In this document: positions 57,211 through 64,000 of the stretch, piece by piece
Position numbering within the stretch: the stretch's first letter is position 1
Layout of the letters: each line of letters begins with the position of its first letter
NCBI GenBank assembly: GCA_016187035.1
Contig: JACPKL010000012.1
Span: 8,925-72,924, forward strand
Source: Candidatus Daviesbacteria bacterium
GTDB lineage: Bacteria; Patescibacteriota; Microgenomatia; Daviesbacterales; UBA10151
Direction: 5' to 3'
DNA: 64,000 bases
Made by a program: the position numbers and the translations under genes
The notes under the pieces: generated by a model
Told to the model about the DNA's origin: nothing
Database searches by the model: none
What the model saw: only the letters and a program-made list of their open reading frames with translations

Positions 57211-58149
57211 ATGGCAATTAGAACAGGTTCTGTAGGACAAGAAGGACTTGATGCAGTCAACCAGGCTTTAAGGGAATATGGCGCTGATTATGCTGCAGCT
57301 TACCTCCTGCAACATCAAGAAGTTAGAAAAGCTGGTTATCAGGGTTATGGAGAAGTTTTTGACGCGCTTGGATTAACCGGGGACTATATTAATACTGTTT
57401 TATCAGCCACCAGAGCTGATATAGCTCAGGCAGGCTATGGAAGTATTACCAGTGCAGCTGAGATCAGACGCCAACCATTTCAACCAGTTCCCCCATTGGC
57501 AACCTCTGAACAAATGGTAGCTGCTATCAAAAAATATGCTCCAGATGGTATTACCTATTATGTAAGAGAGGATTTTGATCCTACCAGGGCTGATTCATTC
57601 ATATTTGCCAGAGTTTTCAGAAATGGGGATGCAGGTATATCAATTATCAGGACTACTGGTAAAAATCCAGATCCCAGAATCCCTATATCACAAGCATCAT
57701 ATTACTTACAGGCTATTTTATATGGATTACAAGGTAGAATCCCAGATGCATTAGGAGCAACAGGAATGGCTTCTTTATATGGAAAAGTAATTGCAGGTTC
57801 AGATCTAGGAGAAGGTTGGTTTTTTGGCAGTTGTGCTGATGCTTCTGAAAGATTAGCCCGTTATACTGATGCTTTGGTTGGATCAACCACTGATGAAGCA
57901 ACCCAGCTGTCAAGACTGACTGAAACTTTGGTAAATAACTCATTGGCAAACAGTTCTGATTTTGGCCCAAGAACAGGTTTAGAATGGATACCAAGCGCTT
58001 CTTTAGTTGCCTTTGGAGCCAAAAATGTACCTTTGTATATAGCTAATCTTTTATCTGTTTCAGTAAGGGCTGAGGTGGACAGGAGAGGCATAAAAGAACC
58101 AGAACAAGTCTTCAACCAGCTTTCCTCTATGATCCCTTCAGCACAATAA
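57211..58149 (+). CDS. hypothetical protein
   Basis: 312-aa ORF with protein-like composition. Confidence 0.65.
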   Translation: MAIRTGSVGQEGLDAVNQALREYGADYAAAYLLQHQEVRKAGYQGYGEVFDALGLTGDYINTVLSATRADIAQAGYGSITSAAEIRRQPFQPVPPLATSEQMVAAIKKYAPDGITYYVREDFDPTRADSFIFARVFRNGDAGISIIRTTGKNPDPRIPISQASYYLQAILYGLQGRIPDALGATGMASLYGKVIAGSDLGEGWFFGSCADASERLARYTDALVGSTTDEATQLSRLTETLVNNSLANSSDFGPRTGLEWIPSASLVAFGAKNVPLYIANLLSVSVRAEVDRRGIKEPEQVFNQLSSMIPSAQ

Positions 58150-58473
58150 ATCTGGTAAAGTTCGTGCGGACACCTTTAAGCTAAATTTAAGAAATTTGGG
58201 TCTTGACAAGTAGGATTGGCAGGTGTAAATTTAAACTTATGAGCCTACATACTGTAGAAGTTGGACCGGAATTAAAAGCTCCAACACAAATTCTTACACC
58301 GCCCCGGACAGCCGAATCATTTCATAAGGAAAGGACAGCGTGGTTGGGTCTGGACCAAACTGGTGTTAAGGGCTGCATAGAATTAATAGCAACTTTTTCA
58401 AGAGATTTTAGAAGAGCTATCGAACCCCCAAAAACTCCGTGACTATCTTGATAAAATCTGTTATGTTTAGGGT

Positions 58474-59907
58474 GTGAAGAATTTAACCTTGGTTTTTTTT
58501 GGAATAACCTCTAATCTGGCTCAAAAATATTTTATCCCAGCTCTCTATGATATGTGCGAAAAAGGGGTATTGCCAGATAACATGACTATCTTGGGAAATG
58601 CCAGAACTCCTATGGACAAGGCAGAGTTTGCCTCATATATTCATAAAGTTTTACATTTGCCCAATGTTCATCACCAGCACTCTATCCAGGAAGAATTTTT
58701 TAAAAAACTTATCAGGAAATTTCATTATCTGGCAGGTCATTTGGACGATCCTGTCTTTTATACTCTTTTAAAGCATACTTTAGACCATTCTGGTCTGCAG
58801 GATAGAATCTTTTACCTGGCCACTTATCCTGATTTATACCACCATATTTTTGAAAATCTAAAAAAAGTTAGCCTAAACAAACAGGATCAAGGTTTTGTCA
58901 GGCTGATGATAGAAAAGCCAATTGGCCATGATCTTAAATCTGCCAAAGCTTTGAATACTTTACTTTTGAAATACTTTACTGAGGATCAAATTTATAGATT
59001 AGATCACTATTTGGGCAAAGAGACCCTACAAAATATTTTAACCTTCAGATTCTCAAATGGCATATTTGAGCCTTTAATAAATAAAGAGTACATTGATCAT
59101 ATTCAGATTACAGCTTCAGAGGACTTTGGCATAGGACAAAGAGGCAGCTACTATGATCAACTGGGAGCTTTGAAAGACGTTGGTCAGAATCACCAGCTGC
59201 AGATGCTGGCTTTTGCCACCATGAATGCTCCGGCAGAGTTTAGCAATGAGGCTGTCACCAGACAAAGAATTAAAATCCTGCAAAGTCTTACTCCTGTACC
59301 CAAAAAAATAGTCTTTGGGCAGTATGCAGGATATAGAAAAGAGGAAAATGTTGATCCTGTATCTAACACTGATACTTTTTATGCTTTTAAAACTTTTATA
59401 AAAAATGACAGGTTTAAGGATGTACCCGTTTATATCAGAGCAGGCAAAAAATTAGCCCAAACTGTCACTGAAATTTCTATTATTTTCAAAAATCCGATCA
59501 ATAGGTTGCTAAAAAATTTAGACTTGGGTGAGGAACCAAATGTTTTAATTTACAGAGTTGGACCAAATGAAGGCATTGTTTTAAAAATATTAACTAAAGT
59601 CCCAGGACATGAAATTAAACTTGAACCAGAATATATGCAGTTTTGCTACAAGGCAGATTTGCATAGCCATATTATTCCTGATCCTCATGAAAGGCTTTTG
59701 ATGGATACTATTCATGGTGACCAAACTTTCTTTAATGATGCAGAAGAGGTAGAAGCCCAATGGGCTTTTATAGATCCCCTTGCTAATGCTCGGGGCAAGC
59801 CGCATATTTACAAAGTGGGTACCTGGGGACCTAAAGAAGCTGGAAGGTTAATAGAAGAAGATGGCAGATCCTGGCTTGAGCCTTCCATGGACTTTTGCAG
59901 AATTTAG
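58474..59907 (+). CDS. zwf: glucose-6-phosphate dehydrogenase
   Basis: IEKPIG.D, YRLDHYLGKE, DVGQNH, RAGK. Confidence 0.95.
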   Translation: MKNLTLVFFGITSNLAQKYFIPALYDMCEKGVLPDNMTILGNARTPMDKAEFASYIHKVLHLPNVHHQHSIQEEFFKKLIRKFHYLAGHLDDPVFYTLLKHTLDHSGLQDRIFYLATYPDLYHHIFENLKKVSLNKQDQGFVRLMIEKPIGHDLKSAKALNTLLLKYFTEDQIYRLDHYLGKETLQNILTFRFSNGIFEPLINKEYIDHIQITASEDFGIGQRGSYYDQLGALKDVGQNHQLQMLAFATMNAPAEFSNEAVTRQRIKILQSLTPVPKKIVFGQYAGYRKEENVDPVSNTDTFYAFKTFIKNDRFKDVPVYIRAGKKLAQTVTEISIIFKNPINRLLKNLDLGEEPNVLIYRVGPNEGIVLKILTKVPGHEIKLEPEYMQFCYKADLHSHIIPDPHERLLMDTIHGDQTFFNDAEEVEAQWAFIDPLANARGKPHIYKVGTWGPKEAGRLIEEDGRSWLEPSMDFCRI

Positions 59908-60386
59908 AAGCTCCCTAGAGGCCAAAAGCCCAAAGTAAAATTTTTCCCTCTAATTTTAAACCTTCTTCTATAACCTGCCTCTATTGTTAATTCTTCAGCC
60001 TGAGCAGCAGTGTATCCTCTAGCCTTACCTGATACTACTACCATCTCATGAGCACCAAAAAGTATGGCGCCAGTACGCATATCTTCAAACGGAACCAAAC
60101 CTCTTCCTATTCTCTTAATATCTAATGGAGCTACATTAAATGCAAGAAGTCTTGCTTGAGGATAAACTGCAACTAATGCTTCTGGTTCGCCCAATTCTCC
60201 TCCATGTAGTTTCAGACAAAATCTGGTGGGATCAGTTAAGAAATCCTCAAATACAACTCTCCTGCCAGAAAATGAGTGTTCATCAGGTACTTCATGACGT
60301 ACATACACACCATTTTCCTTTTCAATACTTACACCAGGAATCATAATGTCTGGATTATATACTATAAGGGAAGGGGATGCAAACAT
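59904..60386 (-). CDS. hypothetical protein
   Basis: ORF only; start uncertain. Confidence 0.45.
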   Translation of the reverse strand: MFASPSLIVYNPDIMIPGVSIEKENGVYVRHEVPDEHSFSGRRVVFEDFLTDPTRFCLKLHGGELGEPEALVAVYPQARLLAFNVAPLDIKRIGRGLVPFEDMRTGAILFGAHEMVVVSGKARGYTAAQAEELTIEAGYRRRFKIRGKNFTLGFWPLGSF

Positions 60387-60448
60387 TAATCCTACCTCCG
60401 AGGTGGAAATATATTGACACGTAGGGTTTTATCTGCTTTAGTTAACTT

Positions 60449-61096
60449 ATGCCTTATCGGATAACCCCCCTGGTAAATGGAGAGATTTATCATGTCTTTA
60501 ACCGGGGAGTTGCCAAGCTTCCTATTTTCAGGGATCGGCGAGATTATAACCGGTTCCTGGAAACAATCTATTACTATCAGTTCCAGGGTCCGAAACCTCA
60601 GTTCTCCCAATTAAAAAGATTTAAGGATTTTAATTTTGAGAAAAATAAAAGAATAGTTGAGTTAAATTGCTATTGTCTAATGCCTAACCATTATCACTTT
60701 CTGCTAAAACAACTGGAGGATAATGGTATATCAGAGTTTATGAACAAAACATCTAACAGCTACACTAAATATTTTAATACCAGGCATACTAGAGTTGGTC
60801 CGCTTCTACAAGGACAGTTTAAGGCTATCAGGATTGAATCTGAGGAACAGCTCATTCATGTTTCCAGATATATCCACTTAAACCCAATAGTTTCATTTCT
60901 AGTTAAAGATCTAAAAGAGCATGATTGGTCATCTTATAAAAAATATGTTGGTTTAGAAGAGAATAAACTTTGCAATATAGATTTAGTTTTATCAATTTTC
61001 AAAACACCACAAAAGTATGAACAATTTGTTTTAGATCAGGTTAGTTATGGCCAAAGTCTGGAGATGATTAAGCATGTTTTGATAGATGAAAAATAG
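60449..61096 (+). mobile_element. REP-associated tyrosine transposase (RAYT/Y1 HUH)
   Basis: YHVFNRG, MPNHYH (HUH), RYIHLNP, WSSY; flanked by inverted family B REPs 60389-60427 and 61103-61141. Confidence 0.9.
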
Positions 61097-61143
61097 TCAT
61101 AGACCCTAGGTGTAGCTTCACTCCCACCTCCGAGGTAGGATAG

Positions 61144-61383
61144 TTATGGTCCAGGTACTTTATCACCTAAATACATAAAAGGCACATGAAGTGTGAATAT
61201 AGTTCTGTGTCCAAGCTTTAAATCTATGATTCTATCTCTTGGTTGACTTGCTATTGAACTATATCCAGTTCTAACATTTGCCCAATGACGTTGCCAAACC
61301 GCAGTATCATCCTCTATGTCAATAGTTGGTTGACTATTTTCAATTAAAGTACATAGACCATTTATTCTAGCTTCAATAGACAT
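61144..61383 (-). CDS. hypothetical protein
   Basis: short ORF directly downstream of gnd. Confidence 0.4.
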   Translation of the reverse strand: MSIEARINGLCTLIENSQPTIDIEDDTAVWQRHWANVRTGYSSIASQPRDRIIDLKLGHRTIFTLHVPFMYLGDKVPGP

Positions 61384-61393
61384 ATAAAATTAA

Positions 61394-62335
61394 TTACTGT
61401 TTCTTTACAGCATGCTGGCCGAATTGACCACGGAGGGCAGAAACTACTTTATTCCTAAAACCATTTGGAGAGTTTTCTTCAACGCTTGCTGAGTTTTCAC
61501 GGATTTTGATGGCATCCTCAATCACCGGTGTATCTATTCCTAATTCTTTTGCTACCCCGACTGTCCAGTCTGCCTCTCCCGGGATTCTTTGGGCTCCTGC
61601 CCCACCTGAACCAATTTTTGAAGAAGTATTGTCCAGATTTGGATCTTCTTTAAAAGCATTTTGGGCCCAGCCAACCAGTCTGGATTCAATTACTGATCTG
61701 TGGTTATATATATCCAACAGTTTGTCAAAATCATACTGAAAAGAAGAGTTTTTCAAAATAGCCAACCCTTCTCCAATTGCTTCCATCATTCCATACTCAA
61801 TCCCATTGTGTACCATCTTTGCAAAGTGGCCTGCTCCAATTGGACCTAAATGCTGGTAAGCTCCTTCTGCTGCTGCAGCTTTGGCAAGAGGTTCAATCCT
61901 TTGGAAATCTTCTTTTTCCCCTCCTATCATTAAACAAGCACCGCTTCTTGCTCCGCCAGGACCACCTGATACCCCAATATCCATAAAATGCACTCCTGTT
62001 GGTTTAATTTTTTCTGCTCTTTTCAAAGTATCTTTATAAAATGAGTTAGCTCCGTCAATTAATAAATCACCTTTATTTAGCAGCGGTAAGAGTGTATTGA
62101 TAAATTCATCAGTAGTTTGGCCGGCAGGCAGCATTAACCAGATAATCCTGGGAGATTCTAATTCAGATACTAAATTCTCTATACTTTTAGCGATTTTGAC
62201 TTTTGAATTTTGACTTTTGAGTTCCTCAGCTGGCTGAGGAGATCTGTTCCAGGCCACCACCTCTATCCCCTGCTCCAATAAATGAAGCACCATATTCTTC
62301 CCCATCCTGCCAAGACCTATATAACCTATCTGCAT
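61394..62335 (-). CDS. gnd: 6-phosphogluconate dehydrogenase (short, NAD-type)
   Basis: GLGRMG, GVSGG, GAGHFAKMVHNGIEYG, ALRGQFGQH. Confidence 0.95.
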   Translation of the reverse strand: MQIGYIGLGRMGKNMVLHLLEQGIEVVAWNRSPQPAEELKSQNSKVKIAKSIENLVSELESPRIIWLMLPAGQTTDEFINTLLPLLNKGDLLIDGANSFYKDTLKRAEKIKPTGVHFMDIGVSGGPGGARSGACLMIGGEKEDFQRIEPLAKAAAAEGAYQHLGPIGAGHFAKMVHNGIEYGMMEAIGEGLAILKNSSFQYDFDKLLDIYNHRSVIESRLVGWAQNAFKEDPNLDNTSSKIGSGGAGAQRIPGEADWTVGVAKELGIDTPVIEDAIKIRENSASVEENSPNGFRNKVVSALRGQFGQHAVKKQ

Positions 62336-62351
62336 ATGGTAAGATTATATC

Positions 62352-63140
62352 ATGTACCTTTTACTTGATATTGGCGGGACAAATACCAGGATTACCTTAT
62401 CCTCTGATGGTCAAACACTGACAGCCATTAAAACTTTTCCAACAGAAGAAGACTTTGAAACTCAAATTCAACTAATCAGCCGGATTGCCCATGAACTAAC
62501 TGGCGGCCAAAAAATAGAGGCAGCTGCAGCAGGAGTAGCAGGAATTTTGGATAAAGAAAAAAGCCTGCTTTTAAAAAGCCCTCATCTGGACAGCTGGACC
62601 TACCAGCCTTTAAAAGAAGAGTTGGAGCAGGTTTTAGATTGTGCTGTTTATCTGGAAAATGATGCTCATTTAGGCGGGCTTGGTGAATCTGTATATGGAG
62701 CAGGTAAAGGCTATCCTATTGTTGCTTATATTACCATTGGGACAGGAGTTGGCGGGGTGAAAATAGAAAATCAAAAAATTGATGGGTATTCCAAAGGTTT
62801 TGAGCCAGGCCACCAAATTATTATTCCAGAAGGCAATCCCTGTAATTGTGGAGGAAAAGGACATCTGGAAACTTATGTTGCCGGGTCATATTTAAAAGAA
62901 CCTATTGATTGGAATAAGGTAGCAAAATATTTAGCCATTGGTTTAAACAATACTATTGTCCACTGGTCACCTGATATTATAGTTTTAGGTGGATCAGTGA
63001 TGAAAAGCATTCCTTTAGACAGAGTTAAAGCTTATCTGAAAAAGTATCTAACTATTTTCTCAGACTGCCCCCAAATAACCTTAGCCACTCTGGGTGATGA
63101 GGGAGGATTATATGGTGGCTTGCAGTATCTAAAATCCTAA
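62352..63140 (+). CDS. ROK family sugar kinase (glucokinase)
   Basis: DIGGT, LENDA, GTGVGG, EPGH, CNCG..GHLE. Confidence 0.92.
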   Translation: MYLLLDIGGTNTRITLSSDGQTLTAIKTFPTEEDFETQIQLISRIAHELTGGQKIEAAAAGVAGILDKEKSLLLKSPHLDSWTYQPLKEELEQVLDCAVYLENDAHLGGLGESVYGAGKGYPIVAYITIGTGVGGVKIENQKIDGYSKGFEPGHQIIIPEGNPCNCGGKGHLETYVAGSYLKEPIDWNKVAKYLAIGLNNTIVHWSPDIIVLGGSVMKSIPLDRVKAYLKKYLTIFSDCPQITLATLGDEGGLYGGLQYLKS

Positions 63141-63183
63141 TCTTCCTTATCTAACTTCAGTCTAACCCCAAGCTGCCATTAAC

Positions 63184-63423
63184 TTACTTAGAAATCTTGT
63201 GGGCTACTGCCTTGGGGTATTCTACTCTTTCAATAGCAGTTATTGATTTAATCTCATTTTTAGGAAGTTTTTTGGAAACATCCAAAATTTCAATCCCTAT
63301 TAAGTCGTCACCATAATAATCCACAAACAAACCCTCACCTACTTCTTCCGTATGAGTGCTTTTTTTATCTTTTATAAAATAAATATAAGCAGCATCTGCT
63401 TTTGGATCATATGATATTTTCAT
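63184..63423 (-). CDS. DUF2283 antitoxin-like protein
   Basis: YDPKADAAYI...IGIEILDVS signature. Confidence 0.85.
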   Translation of the reverse strand: MKISYDPKADAAYIYFIKDKKSTHTEEVGEGLFVDYYGDDLIGIEILDVSKKLPKNEIKSITAIERVEYPKAVAHKISK

Positions 63424-63433
63424 ATTAAACTCA

Positions 63434-63574
63434 TTAATCTTTTAGATAAATTTTCTTCTCTACTCTACTAGGGAAAACTTCATCTGGACTTTTAACTGTC
63501 TGGTCTGCTAACTTTTTGCTTATTCCACGAAGTGCCAACATTTCCTTGGCATGTTTGGTATATTTAATAGCCAC
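63434..63574 (-). pseudogene. truncated DUF4258 (RelE-like) toxin, 46 aa
   Basis: hand translation VAIKYTKHAKEMLALRGISKKLADQTVKSPD...; directly upstream of DUF2283. Confidence 0.65.
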
Positions 63575-63738
63575 AAACCCATTTTAACAGATTTGTTAAG
63601 ATAACCCTGATTAATGTAAGAAGGGAATGTCCCTGTCCAAAGAACTGGCCACTCTCCAAAGAAGGCTGGCTGTTGCGCTCAATGTCATACAAGCTGACAC
63701 AAGCTGATAAGGTAATAATCTGGTAAAATATATACCCG

Positions 63739-63814
63739 GCCCCCGTAGTTTAACGGATAAAACGATTCGCTTCGGACGAATTGACTGAGGGTTCGATCCC
63801 TTCCGGGGGCGCCA
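63739..63814 (+). tRNA. tRNA-Arg(TCG)
   Basis: ATTCG-CT-TCG-GA-CGAAT anticodon arm; GCCCCCG/CGGGGGC acceptor; CCA. Confidence 0.92.
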
Positions 63815-64000
63815 TCTGCAATAATTCCTGGGGTTTGAACGTATTCAACCCCTGGGGTTGGAACACTGGAACGTAGTTTGCCTTTCAATTCCAGATTTGC
63901 TAGAATCGTTAAATGATAGAGGCTGCAGACGTAAGGCCTGGGCTAGTACTTATAAAAAATCCTCAAGTTATGAAAGGATTTAGAGACGGAAGAAGATCTG

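Noticed and set aside
63685..63888. 67-aa ORF
   Set aside because: Antisense to tRNA-Arg and a family C repeat.
1..64000. a second VR
   Set aside because: No other GFRC/RGG.W CLec ending among the ORFs or TR-like sequence seen by eye; a BLASTN would be needed to exclude it.

Overview
AT-rich bacterial chromosome segment. Gene content suggests a CPR/Patescibacteria (Microgenomates-like) genome: patchy glycolysis/pentose-phosphate genes, GT-C glycosyltransferases, NYN/DUF3800/Fic accessory genes and many apparently leaderless starts (inference). Main signals: (1) a complete diversity-generating retroelement (avd - TR 21699-21818 - RT) whose variable repeat (18473-18592; 10 mismatches, all at TR adenines) lies inside a 1546-aa surface protein rather than at its C-terminus; (2) three NYN genes and one DUF3800 gene, each beside its own promoter-hairpin-U-tract mini-unit, a candidate nuclease/small-RNA (type III toxin-antitoxin-like) module; (3) palindromic repeat families with candidate mobilizers: TGTCAT-tagged repeats bracketing a GIY-YIG nuclease gene and GTAG-type REPs bracketing a RAYT-like transposase, with many copies translated in frame inside proteins; (4) a FabG/SDR-dehydratase/methyltransferase/FabF cluster unexpected for CPR; (5) a structured orphan ncRNA candidate, six tRNAs and several decayed elements. 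All alignments and coordinates were read by eye; no database searches were run.
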